Shown piece by piece: positions 31,917 to 41,911 of a stretch of 64,000 nucleotides of DNA. Below the pieces are notes generated by a model. The model saw only the letters and a list, made by a program, of their open reading frames with translations, had not been told where the DNA came from and made no database searches. The translations under genes were made by a program, and so were the position numbers. The stretch's first letter is position 1, and each line of letters begins with the position of its first letter. The stretch lies in assembly GCA_000004985.1 (NCBI GenBank), contig GG738897.1; one strand, written 5' to 3'. This stretch comes from Naegleria gruberi (taxonomy: Eukaryota).

Positions 31917-32046
31917 GAAACGTGCTAAAGCAACTTGATTGGTTACCCTTAAACGTGATTTTGTAATCAGATAATTTCAAATTGAAACGTGCCAATCTTA
32001 ATAACGTGATTGAATTATTCAGATTAAAATTATATTTCGAAACGTG
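31917..32046. promoter_or_regulatory. Cluster of five (A)AACGTG motifs in the divergent promoter between the vWA-GTPase gene (-) and the coiled-coil gene (+).
   Basis: The motifs are GAAACGTGCT at 31917, AAACGTGATT at 31951, GAAACGTGCC at 31984, TAACGTGATT at 32001 and GAAACGTGATT at 32037. All fall inside the 213-bp intergenic space 31862..32074. Three sit in the longer TTCGAAACGTG context. Confidence 0.3.
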
Positions 32047-32074
32047 ATTAAAATTTTCAATTATAAAAAATTGT

Positions 32075-33304
32075 ATGGAAAGTGTTTCTTCAATAATTTC
32101 ACATATATTTTGCTGTTCAAGAATGAAAAACAGATTCAAATCCTTTGAAGTGACAACAAACAACAATGGTACCCTTCCAAAGAACAAGACAAAACCTGTT
32201 AGGAACAATGCATATGAATCACCACACTACACAACAGTGCAATCAAAGCCAGTACCAATTATTTCAACATCTAACTATGGGGATAATAACATAGATCATG
32301 ATTACTATCCTTATAATCAATACAAAGAGAATAGAGATCAATCCATCGTAACGCCTAATCTGGTGGAAGAAATGGTTGAGAAAACAGTCAAATCACTCAT
32401 GAGAGAGATGATGTTAATTTTAAGTGATCAATCAGATAATATCAAGATAATGAATCAACATGCAGAGCACCATAAGCAGAGAATTGAAAAATTGGAGGAT
32501 CAACAAGTAATATTGGAAATGTTGAGTCAAGATAAGCTTCACTTGTCTAATCTTATTGCTGGTACATCAAAGGACATATTAGAAAAAATAATTGAAATTA
32601 AAAAAGATCAATCTGAGGAAGTAAGAAAGTTGCAACACTCAAATGAAACTGAAACAAAAGCGTTAGATACCAAACTTGACAAGATGCAAAAGTCATTGGA
32701 TGATGTTGTTGATGAAGTTAGGAAATTGGATGAAAAGATGAATAATCTCCACGTGCTTTACAGTGAATTGAAATTCAAAGGAAATCCATCCAAACCCTCA
32801 ATGCTTTCTACTTTTTTAGGGAGGGGAAAAGAGCCAGTTCAAAAAGAAACCAAGTTGGTAGCTTCTCAACCTTTCTACTCTACTGTTTCATTCTCTGTAT
32901 TCCCAAATTCTGGTTATGAAAAAGCAACTGATCAATTAATCAATTTGATAGGTGAACAATGTAATTCTAACCAGACCTATATCAATTTTAAAACCAAGAC
33001 CAAAATTGAAGAGTATGAGAATGGTGAAAAGGTTCTCTTCATTAGATATTGTGGAAGTACCAGATTTGAAAGTCCAGACGCAAGTGCCCTCTTGGAAAAG
33101 GGATGTAAAATTGTTTTCATCTTGTTGACTTATGGAGATAAGACCATTGATATCAAATTACCATCACAATTCCAAAGTTGTGCATTTATGCAAATTCAAA
33201 TCAATGGAATGTATTATCACAACACTCAAGATTTGGTTGGAATGCATGATCAAAAGCAATGCAAATTATTCCAATTAATTACTAGCCAATTTACAGAGCA
33301 ATAA
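32075..33304 (+). CDS. Hypothetical protein of 409 aa with a central coiled-coil and a C-terminal globular domain of about 150 aa.
   Basis: ATG at 32075. The heptad-rich segment runs roughly IEKLEDQQVILEMLSQ...VRKLDEKMNNLHVLYSELK. The C-terminal region (FYSTVSFSVFPNSGYEKATDQLINLIGEQ...KIVFILLTYGDKTIDIKL) is unassigned. Confidence 0.5.
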   Translation: MESVSSIISHIFCCSRMKNRFKSFEVTTNNNGTLPKNKTKPVRNNAYESPHYTTVQSKPVPIISTSNYGDNNIDHDYYPYNQYKENRDQSIVTPNLVEEMVEKTVKSLMREMMLILSDQSDNIKIMNQHAEHHKQRIEKLEDQQVILEMLSQDKLHLSNLIAGTSKDILEKIIEIKKDQSEEVRKLQHSNETETKALDTKLDKMQKSLDDVVDEVRKLDEKMNNLHVLYSELKFKGNPSKPSMLSTFLGRGKEPVQKETKLVASQPFYSTVSFSVFPNSGYEKATDQLINLIGEQCNSNQTYINFKTKTKIEEYENGEKVLFIRYCGSTRFESPDASALLEKGCKIVFILLTYGDKTIDIKLPSQFQSCAFMQIQINGMYYHNTQDLVGMHDQKQCKLFQLITSQFTEQ

Positions 33305-33375
33305 CCCTAATAAAATGTGATCTTAAATTCAAACTATATAGTGTAGATTAAACTTTTGCTTAATACATATAGTTA

Positions 33376-33446
33376 TAAAAAGAAGTAGGAAGACAGGGAA
33401 TCGAACCCTGATCTTAGGAACCACAATCCCATGTTCTACCACTGAA
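33376..33446 (-). tRNA. tRNA-His (anticodon GUG), copy 2. Identical to copy 1 but in inverted orientation.
   Basis: The reverse complement of 33376..33446 is identical over all 71 nt to 27952..28022. About 12 nt of 5' flank (AACATGAA) and about 85 nt of 3' flank (CTTCTTTTTATAACTAT..TTTAATCT.CACT.TATA) are also recognisably conserved but diverged. Confidence 0.8.
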
Positions 33447-33540
33447 CTATCTCCCTTTCATGTTATCTGAATCATTAAGGGATTATCTGTGAAAACAACG
33501 AATTTGTAATAGTGTTAAGGGCACATATATTACAGTCCGT

Positions 33541-34852
33541 TCATTTCACGAATTCGTGTCGAATATTGTAACCAGAAACCTCTTTCATAAATTCATCCAA
33601 AGAGAATAATCCTGCGCAAGGAATGGCTCCTTTTTGTTCAACATATCCCCTTGCAAGTTTTTTAGCAATGCATATGGACGGAATGGCTGGTATCATTGGC
33701 CCATCTCCTCCTTTTGCAATTAAATTCCAAGTAATAGTCTTTTCTTTACCATTCTTGTCCAATCCATTGATTATCATTTGCATACCACCTCTATCAGATC
33801 CAAAATTATAGAACCACCCACTCATGGTCTTGAATAATGGAGAGTAAACGGACCAATCTTTTACAATCCCAGCTTGTGCAAGATATGACATTCCCACAAC
33901 AGAAAATTGGAACATGTTCAACTCTACACCAGCTCTAAACTCCAAGTTTTTGAGAGTAGGATAAATCTTTGGAAAAATCTCAACCTCAGGAGTTTCACAA
34001 AAAGCAACATATCTAGTTCCTATTCCATCTGGAAATTGTGCCCTTTTCACTCCTTGCCATCCAATGACATTTTCCAATTTACCATTCAAGAACATTGGTA
34101 TTGGCTTTCCACAATAACTCAATATGGATCTCATTGTTGATTCTCCAATATGAGCTCTATTACCAGGAGAAAGACAACTATCAATGCTTGTAATTTCTGA
34201 AAGATCATGTTTTAACACCTCGTTTAAAACAGCAGAGGACAATCCAGGAACAGTACTGGCTATTTAATGATAAGAGAAGACAAATTATCAATAACACAAA
34301 CTTACCTCCACAAACAGCAAGCACATCATTCTTCACTGCCTTGTCGTGTAACTTGTCAGAAAAGTTTGCAACAAACTCTCTAGAATCCGATAAATCTATA
34401 TAATTAATTCCTCTATCAATACATTGCTCTGCCACATGAAAATTCTGTCCTTGAAATGGTCCACAAGTATGAATGACCAGGTTAGGCTTTGTTTGTTGTA
34501 GACAATCCTTCAAACTTCTCTCATCATTCACATCAACCAGAGAGGTTTGTACTCTAAAAGATGACGATGATGAAGTATTCTGTATTAATTCATCTCGAAA
34601 TTGATTGGCACTTGCTAAATTCCTTCCAGCAATAACAATTTCCTGTGGAGTATTAACATCATTGTCTTTGAATAATTGGGAGGTAATTCTCTTGCCGAAT
34701 GAGCCATAGCCTCCGAGCACAAGCACTCTGAAGGAGGCTTTTTGATGATGGAGAGAAAAGGATTTTGATAAAGTACTCTTTCTAATTAATAATGTACGGG
34801 TGGTGGCTTTGAACATTTTTTTGATTATGAAGATAGATGGAAAGGAGGACAT
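33541..34852 (-). CDS. Saccharopine-dehydrogenase-like NAD(P)-binding oxidoreductase. Two exons.
   Basis: Exons are 34852..34306 (ATG at 34852; ends GGAG|GTAAGT) and 34259..33541 (acceptor CATTAAATAG; phase closes: ...VCGG-A-STVPGLSSAVLNEVLKHD...). There is a Rossmann GxGxxG motif at VLVLGGYGSFGKRITSQL. Overall length and layout match the Sccpdh family. The N-terminus MSSFPSIFIIKKMFKATTRTLLIRKST is presequence-like. Confidence 0.65.
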
Positions 34853-35000
34853 TTGTTTGATGAGACATTTTGATTGAATTCAAGCACACAATATTAATAT
34901 TTCTTCTCTGAAGATTTTTATTTTTTTAATATTTTTCATAAATATTTCATATTTGTAACGGCTAGTTAATTTGATTTTGATCTGGAATTTATTTAAAAAA

Positions 35001-36188
35001 ATGAATGAAAAATACAAACTCTACTGCGAAGGTACTCGTAATGGAGCCAATTTACAAGAGGCCTTCACCTCGCAACGATTTCCCTCCGTTGCATTGCGAA
35101 AGAATTCCTTTTTTTCTCAGGCTTTGGATGATGATCAGATCGGAGATGATGAATTATTACCTCTTTCTATGGTTTGTTCGGGTGGTGAATCAAAATCCTA
35201 TTCATTGTACTTTTTTGAAGGAAGTGAATCGAGGTGGTTTTTCAAGGAAAAGAAATATGTTTTTGAAGTATTGTTCAATCAGATGAGACCGAGAGCAGAA
35301 TCTCATTGGTCACGATTGATGAATAGAGTAGTCTTGCTGCATGATAATGGACCATTGTTTGAAATGATGGATGGAAGATTATTTCTGTTCGATATCCATA
35401 CTGGATTGTTGTCTTGTTTCTTTATTGAGAGATCGTCACAAATTAGAGTGATTGGAAGTGGACTAATGTCGAATATAATAATGGTTCAAACCACTGAGGG
35501 GAAAATTATTAAGAAACATTTTAATAGAGAGCCTAAAGAAGTTGTAATTGATGATCCATCACCAGTTAAGCTATTTTCATGTTTTTGCAGAGATTTGCAA
35601 ATTATTGTTTTGGAGAATAACAAATTCTACATTATTAAGGATGGTTCCTCAAAGGAATCCCATTATGGATTTGCATCTTATGGATTTGACGTTCCTGTTG
35701 AGGTTGCTACTCCACTCTTTAACAGTGGAATCAAAAAGGTTTCATCAGGTTATAGACATTGTGTAGTTCTATTGGAAAACGGACAGGTGTTTACGAGAGG
35801 ATTCAACTATCACAATCAATGTGCAAATGGAGATGATACAGATATAGAAGGTACCTTTTGGGAAGTCAAAGTAACAGGAGTTCTTGATATTGAATGTGGA
35901 AGTATTTGTACTGCTCTCAGAACAAAAACTCATTTTATATTTTACGGATCTTTAATATATGGGTTCGATAAGGCAGGATATTATCATAAGGTTGAATATG
36001 AGGATCAACAATTTTCACTTGGTCCTTGGCATGCCTTAATATTTAGAAACAAGTTCATCAAACACGTTGGAAAGAGTGAGATTTACTATATCAACAATCT
36101 CAGATCAATTTCACTAGTGAATGCTTCTCCATTTTCTGATGCTTTATTTTCATTCAAGGACCATTTTGCTGCATCTCAAAGTGATTAA
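35001..36188 (+). CDS. RCC1-like repeat protein. Probable paralogue of 11661..12884.
   Basis: The first ATG is at 35001. The track start at 34971 is TTG. The RCC1-type unit KKVSSGYRHCVVLLENGQVFTRGFNYHNQCANGD and further Gly-rich blades are present. The size and the motifs (IIKKHFN, FYIIKDG versus FFFIAVLKDG) are similar to the 11661 gene. Confidence 0.5.
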   Translation: MNEKYKLYCEGTRNGANLQEAFTSQRFPSVALRKNSFFSQALDDDQIGDDELLPLSMVCSGGESKSYSLYFFEGSESRWFFKEKKYVFEVLFNQMRPRAESHWSRLMNRVVLLHDNGPLFEMMDGRLFLFDIHTGLLSCFFIERSSQIRVIGSGLMSNIIMVQTTEGKIIKKHFNREPKEVVIDDPSPVKLFSCFCRDLQIIVLENNKFYIIKDGSSKESHYGFASYGFDVPVEVATPLFNSGIKKVSSGYRHCVVLLENGQVFTRGFNYHNQCANGDDTDIEGTFWEVKVTGVLDIECGSICTALRTKTHFIFYGSLIYGFDKAGYYHKVEYEDQQFSLGPWHALIFRNKFIKHVGKSEIYYINNLRSISLVNASPFSDALFSFKDHFAASQSD

Positions 36189-36691
36189 AGAGATTACAGA
36201 AATTTGATTAAATTTGATAGTGAAATAGTGAATGGTTTAGAATTGAATTGAAGAATCAATTTTAGTGACCATTAGATTTTATCTGCAAATATTTGGGAGA
36301 ATCATTCAGTTTTTTAGTGAGAATCGAATGAGGTTATTCTTCTTCCTTATTGGAAATCTGAGTTACAGTCGAGTTGACTTTCACAAACAAATTAACACAT
36401 TCTAATATTAATGAAACACGCTATTATTAAAATATGTCGGAATTTTAAAGGTCATGATGCACTTATGGAAAACAGAGTTGCATTAAAGGAACCTTTCGTA
36501 TAGATTTTGGTGACATATTATTAACAAAAGAGACACAAAAAAAACTCCTTACTTTCATTCTGCTAGTATTCTGGTCTTTCTCACCAATCAAATACGAGCT
36601 ACCCTTCTTCATCAATTGTTTGCTATTCCAAAGCAAATATCTAGCAGAGAAAAAAAACAACAATTTTGAAAAGACCAGATAACAACACACG

Positions 36692-38119
36692 ATGAAAGCA
36701 AATGTCGGTTCTTCATCATTATTATTGCTGTTCATATTAGTACTTGGACTTTCGGATAACTATTTCTATTCGAAACAAATAGTACATGCTGCGGAGACTT
36801 TAACCGTCTCTGTTGAAACTCTCTCCATTTCAGAATATTTTAAGCTTGGATTCCAAAATCTTGATTATAATCCCAATACTAATGTAAATACTTTCTCCCA
36901 AAATGCCTATACGAAATATCATATAGTTCACATCCAATCTCATCAGATAGCTGCTGTTCCATTCACCACTCTGAATACTACTGGAGTACTTGCTGAGGAC
37001 GAAACTTTATTGAATGAGCTCTCACAAATATACGAAACTAAAGTACTCAGTAATTTCATCAAGAAAAACACTCTATTACAAGAAGTAGCTTCACTTTCGT
37101 CCGACGAAGAATTGGATTACATGTATGCATGTTGTTCAGATGATGATTTAGTAATGATGACTGCTTGGAATGAATCCAATTTTTTACTAGACGAAACTGC
37201 AAGACGAAAGAGGAGAATTGATTCAAAACTTGCCTCAACTGTTTCCATTTCTACCAATCAAAAGAAATCAGTTTCTTTCTATTCAAAACTCGAGGATGAA
37301 CATTGGTTATTAGATCAGCTATGGAGTGACATTCCAATAATTGCTATCCCAATCGAATATTTAGATCATTTATTTTTGAATATTAAGAATAATATTTATA
37401 TGGGAAGTTTTAAAGAAAATGGAATTAGGAAGGAGGTGAATGATTATGAATTGGAAGATTTATTTCATTTGGTTGGAACAGAGGGAGTTTTGACAATGAC
37501 TGTTGTGAAAACTTCTCCACAAGTTTCGTCCAGTGAGGAATTGATGAATTTGTTGACTATGGAGCAGAAAGATGAAATTGTTCAAGCAATTAAGAAGAAT
37601 ATTCAGGTGGAAATCTTGGATAAGTTGCTGAGATTTGAAAAATCATGTAACGTGACAAATTCAACTGCCATTAGTCAAATGAGAGATTATCACAATGCCT
37701 TATTCAGGAAATCAATGGGATTTGGTTATTTTACAGAAGAACAAAGTCAAGCACTTTCTTATTATCTATACATGAATGCATATGTTACAAAGAATTTGGA
37801 ATTACAACAATTACCAATACTTTCCTATACGAATGATTTATTCTGGACAGCAATGCAAATTTTATATAACGAATCGACTGATTTGAGAACTGTTCTGGAA
37901 AATGAGGGATACATGAATGATGAGAATCAGACTTTTCAATCTTACATGTTAAATGCATTTTCTGGATTCAAACAGAATTTGAATCAATACATTACCTCAA
38001 ACTTTTATCAAGCTCAATGCTATAGTGGATTTAATGATTACTTGGGGATGTTTCACTATTATTCATACTCTTCCTACGAATTCTTCATGTTTAAGGATGG
38101 AATTTTATCTCTGCCTTGA
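36692..38119 (+). CDS. Hypothetical secreted protein, 475 aa.
   Basis: ATG at 36692. There is an N-terminal signal peptide MKANVGSSSLLLLFILVLGLS. No conserved domain recognised. Confidence 0.45.
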   Translation: MKANVGSSSLLLLFILVLGLSDNYFYSKQIVHAAETLTVSVETLSISEYFKLGFQNLDYNPNTNVNTFSQNAYTKYHIVHIQSHQIAAVPFTTLNTTGVLAEDETLLNELSQIYETKVLSNFIKKNTLLQEVASLSSDEELDYMYACCSDDDLVMMTAWNESNFLLDETARRKRRIDSKLASTVSISTNQKKSVSFYSKLEDEHWLLDQLWSDIPIIAIPIEYLDHLFLNIKNNIYMGSFKENGIRKEVNDYELEDLFHLVGTEGVLTMTVVKTSPQVSSSEELMNLLTMEQKDEIVQAIKKNIQVEILDKLLRFEKSCNVTNSTAISQMRDYHNALFRKSMGFGYFTEEQSQALSYYLYMNAYVTKNLELQQLPILSYTNDLFWTAMQILYNESTDLRTVLENEGYMNDENQTFQSYMLNAFSGFKQNLNQYITSNFYQAQCYSGFNDYLGMFHYYSYSSYEFFMFKDGILSLP

Positions 38120-38291
38120 GTTCCATTTCAGTTTTCTGGAAGGAAAATGATTGAAGTAAATCTCTAATCATTGGTATTGGAGCTCTGAATAACTTCAATA
38201 CTTGCATAACATTGTAAATATTGAGAATTGAGTTTGAATCAGCTCTGTTTGGTTTTCCTGTTAGCAATTTCATAAATCCACTATTTCCCTT

Positions 38292-39593
38292 TTGCATTTT
38301 CATATCGTAGGCAGAACCATCTCTTCATTGGCAATTGTTTTTTACATTTGTTTGGGAATTACCATGATTTTAAATAGAAAGAGTAAGAATATTCCAATCA
38401 GAAGAAGATTCCTCCTTCCATTTGTTGGACCTTTCTGTCTCTTTATCATTCCAATTTACTTTTTAGAGCCGGTGTGGAATAGACAATACATTTCAGTTTT
38501 TACACAAACAGATTTGAGATTTTCAGTAACTGCCATTTATCCAAATTTATTCATTTCACTTTTCTTCTCCACTTACATTGTTACAGTGTTGAGATTCTAC
38601 CACTTGAAGAATTTGTATTGGTTTATGAATTTGGTTGCCTCCAAGAAGAAAACTATCAGTCAAAGATCATTGAAATTTCAAAGAATTCTCACTTCAAAAA
38701 TCATGGCCACAATCTTTACCATCCTTTTGACCATTTGCGTCTTTTTGATATGGCTCTCTTACTATACCACTTGGTATGATACTCCAAAAGCTTACGAAGT
38801 TTCTGCTTATAATATGCAAGTTGAATTGTTATTCCTGGTTCCGTTTGCAACACTCTGTCTCATTTCCTCAATTGTTTGCTTTATTTGCTTGGTTGTTGAT
38901 TTGATTCTCAATAGGAAAAAGCTGAAACAGAGAGGAGTATTGTACTTTTTCTTTTTTGATGATCCATTCTTTTTAAGAATTGATCTAATCATTATGATAT
39001 TGAGCTTGGTGATTTCTGCTTTGATTTTCATGTCTCTTTCTGGAACTACCAACATAGCTGGTAAGGTATTGCTCCTGGTCTTGTTCATATTGTGTTATCT
39101 CGTTGTTGGAGGAACTACCATGATTATAGAATCTATTCGATTCTTACTTAAACTCTGCAGAAGAGAACACTATCAATCTCTGGCATCAGAAGAAAATTCC
39201 ATTCAAAAACTTCTCAAAGAGACTGAATTTAGAGAAATGCTTCGAGTCTACTCTCGAAACGAACATTCCATTGAGAATCTAGCTCTCTACGAAGTATTGG
39301 AACAAATCAGAAAGAGTGGAGTTGTCACTCACAAGAATTTATTGGAAATTCATCATAATTACATTCAAATGTTTGCCCCATTTGAGATTAATTTATCATC
39401 GGATGGAAGATTTAAATTTATGGAATTGTTGGAACGTGAGGCGAATGTTCCCTACTCGGATTTGGATGAAATAATAATGAGAGAATTGTTGATTAATTTG
39501 ACAGATACCATTTCGAGATTGGAAACGACATCTGAATATGAGGATTGGTTAGAAACAAAGAAATTAAAGAAGGATATTGAATTAAATGTTTAA
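38292..39593 (+). CDS. Seven-transmembrane receptor-like protein with a C-terminal RGS domain (7TM-RGS architecture).
   Basis: Six or seven hydrophobic helices are followed by the RGS box LLKETEFREMLRVYSRNEHSIENLALYEVLEQIRKSG...LLEIHHNYIQMFAPFEINLSSDGRFKFMEL. The track start at 38292 is TTG. The first ATG in frame is at about 38364, inside the TM1 region. The true 5' end is therefore probably an upstream mini-exon, and a TCGTAG acceptor lies at 38305..38310. Confidence 0.6.
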   Translation: MHFHIVGRTISSLAIVFYICLGITMILNRKSKNIPIRRRFLLPFVGPFCLFIIPIYFLEPVWNRQYISVFTQTDLRFSVTAIYPNLFISLFFSTYIVTVLRFYHLKNLYWFMNLVASKKKTISQRSLKFQRILTSKIMATIFTILLTICVFLIWLSYYTTWYDTPKAYEVSAYNMQVELLFLVPFATLCLISSIVCFICLVVDLILNRKKLKQRGVLYFFFFDDPFFLRIDLIIMILSLVISALIFMSLSGTTNIAGKVLLLVLFILCYLVVGGTTMIIESIRFLLKLCRREHYQSLASEENSIQKLLKETEFREMLRVYSRNEHSIENLALYEVLEQIRKSGVVTHKNLLEIHHNYIQMFAPFEINLSSDGRFKFMELLEREANVPYSDLDEIIMRELLINLTDTISRLETTSEYEDWLETKKLKKDIELNV

Positions 39594-39673
39594 AAAGATT
39601 AAAATTTCCTCCAGTTAATGATTGTACGAAACTAAAGAACAATGAACTTGAAATAATTAAAAATCAAAAAAAA

Positions 39674-40621
39674 ATGTCAAAACAGCAAACTGCTTTTTAT
39701 GAGATAATATTTTGTGATGATGTTATTGATACGATACTATCGTTCTGCAATCCTAACAAGATCATTTCGTTTGCTTTAGTTTCGAAACAATTCTTTCAAG
39801 CAATTTCACAAAAAATCAACACTGTAGAATTTATCAAACATGAAAATGCCATCCAATACTTGAAAACAACCAATTCAGTATTTATTATTACTAAACTCAA
39901 GATTAGTTTAGTTTCGGATGCAAAGAAAATGGTGAAACTTTTATTAAAAAACAAAAAGTCAAGAAATTTAACATATCTAGATTTGAGGAATAATGAATTG
40001 AAAGATTCTCAAGTCAAGGACATTGCCAATTGTTCCAATTTGACAAATTTAACACATTTAGATCTAGGATGCAATCAATTTGGACTAAATGGACTAAATG
40101 CCATTGTAAAAAGTCCTAAATTACAAAAATTAACACATTTGAGTGTTTCCAGAAATCAAATTCCTTTTGGTTTTGATTTTTCCATATTGAATCAATATTT
40201 ACCTGCATTGAAATCTTTGGATTTGAGTGCAAACAAATTTATTGAAAAAGATATCAAACCAATTTTCACAATTTCTCGATTGACAAGTTTGAATTTGAGG
40301 GAATTACCAAATGTGATATGGTTTCTCATTGATATAGTGCCACAATTCGAATCTCTAACTAGTTTAAAGCTTGGAAAGAATTCTTCTATCAATGAATTTG
40401 TTCATACAAAACTGCTATTATGGGAAAATTATCAGAGTTTGACTGAATTGGATTTGGGACACAATAATTTCACAACAGATGAAATCAAGGAAGTTATGAT
40501 GCGCTTTGTGAATTTGAGAAAATTAAATCTAATTGGAAATAGCAAGATTTCACTCCAAAATAGTTTGGAAGAATTTTTAAAACTGAACGACAAGATTGAA
40601 GCATTTTCTTACTGTTGTTAA
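39674..40621 (+). CDS. F-box-like/LRR protein, 315 aa.
   Basis: ATG at 39674. There is an N-terminal F-box-like helix (IIFCDDVIDTILSFCNPNKIISFALVSKQFFQAI). LRRs of the LxxLxLxxNxL type follow (LTYLDLRNNELKDSQVKDIANCSNLTNLTHLDLGCNQF...). Confidence 0.6.
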   Translation: MSKQQTAFYEIIFCDDVIDTILSFCNPNKIISFALVSKQFFQAISQKINTVEFIKHENAIQYLKTTNSVFIITKLKISLVSDAKKMVKLLLKNKKSRNLTYLDLRNNELKDSQVKDIANCSNLTNLTHLDLGCNQFGLNGLNAIVKSPKLQKLTHLSVSRNQIPFGFDFSILNQYLPALKSLDLSANKFIEKDIKPIFTISRLTSLNLRELPNVIWFLIDIVPQFESLTSLKLGKNSSINEFVHTKLLLWENYQSLTELDLGHNNFTTDEIKEVMMRFVNLRKLNLIGNSKISLQNSLEEFLKLNDKIEAFSYCC

Positions 40622-40705
40622 ATTATTGATTTCTTGACTCTATTTCAGTAGTACATGATGGAGATATGATATGAATTTATTAAAATATGGAACAGATTGA
40701 GATTT

Positions 40706-41911
40706 TTACAAAGAATCATCAATTAGATTAGGTAATTGTTTCAAAATATTTCTGGCACCATTGTCTCCAATATTGAAACGAATTTTGAGGTAAGTCAATT
40801 GGTTCATTTCAGCAATATAATTGGCTCCTTTCTTATTAATATTATTAGAATTAATATTAAGACTAGTCAACTGCTTCATTTCGCTAATGCATTTAGCTCC
40901 TTCGTCTTGAATACTGTTACAACTAATATCCAGACAAGTTAATTTTTTCATTTGACTGATAAATTTAGCTCCTTCTTTACCAATATTATTGTGTCCAATA
41001 TTAAGATTGACCAATCGATTCATTTCACTGATAAATTTTGCGCCTTTTGCACTAATACCATTATTAGCAACATTCAGATCAGTTAACAATTCAAGTCTAC
41101 TTAAATATCTTACGTCATCTCCTAATATATTATACTTGGCATTAAGATAGGTCAATTCTTTCAATTCACCCAAATATTTAGCTCCTCCATTAATATTATT
41201 GCATTCAACATCGAGGTGAGTTAATTGCTTCATTTCACTCAAATATTTCGCCCCCACTTCACCAATATAACAGTAAACCATGTCGAGAGTACGTAATTCT
41301 TTCAATTCCTTTAAAAATTTGACTCCTTCACTTCCAATATGATTACTATTAATATTAAGACAAGTCAACTGTTTCATTTTTCCAATATACTGAGCTCCTT
41401 TCTCCCCAATCATGTTGTTACTTATATTTAAATTAGTCAATTGCTTCAATTTCCTCAAATATCCAACACCTTCATCTCCAATCAAATTAATACTAATATC
41501 CAAATTAGTTAAATGTTTCAGTTGACCAATATATTTGCAATGACCATTTTCAAAAGTGTTTTCACTGACATTCAGTGTACTTATATCTTTCATTAAATTA
41601 AATAACTGGCAATCGAATGCAATTATCCTATTCCTTCTATTCACTGTCAAACTTTGAATATTTTGTAAAAATTGACCTTTTAATTTCATGTCATTTTCAC
41701 AATACAAGGAAAGTTTTAATTTTTTCGAAATGTTTGCAAATTGTGAAGAAACTAAAGTGCAAGTCGTGACAATAAATTTAAAATCATCGAGGAAGGAAAG
41801 AATTTCATAGAGCACATCATTAGAAAAGACGGAATTGGAAAGTTTCTTCCTTCTTGTATCCGAAAGTTGGACGAATCCTTCGGTTATTGCATCTAATTTT
41901 CGTTTACTCAT
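40706..41911 (-). CDS. Ribonuclease-inhibitor-like LRR protein with an N-terminal F-box-like region, 401 aa.
   Basis: ATG at 41911. About 11 tandem 24-aa units of the form LT.L.I..N.IG.EGAKYL (for example LTNLNISNNMIGEKGAQYIGKMKQLTCLNINSNHIGSEGVKFLKELKELRTLDM) are characteristic of the RNI/LRR_RI class. Confidence 0.7.
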   Translation of the reverse strand: MSKRKLDAITEGFVQLSDTRRKKLSNSVFSNDVLYEILSFLDDFKFIVTTCTLVSSQFANISKKLKLSLYCENDMKLKGQFLQNIQSLTVNRRNRIIAFDCQLFNLMKDISTLNVSENTFENGHCKYIGQLKHLTNLDISINLIGDEGVGYLRKLKQLTNLNISNNMIGEKGAQYIGKMKQLTCLNINSNHIGSEGVKFLKELKELRTLDMVYCYIGEVGAKYLSEMKQLTHLDVECNNINGGAKYLGELKELTYLNAKYNILGDDVRYLSRLELLTDLNVANNGISAKGAKFISEMNRLVNLNIGHNNIGKEGAKFISQMKKLTCLDISCNSIQDEGAKCISEMKQLTSLNINSNNINKKGANYIAEMNQLTYLKIRFNIGDNGARNILKQLPNLIDDSL

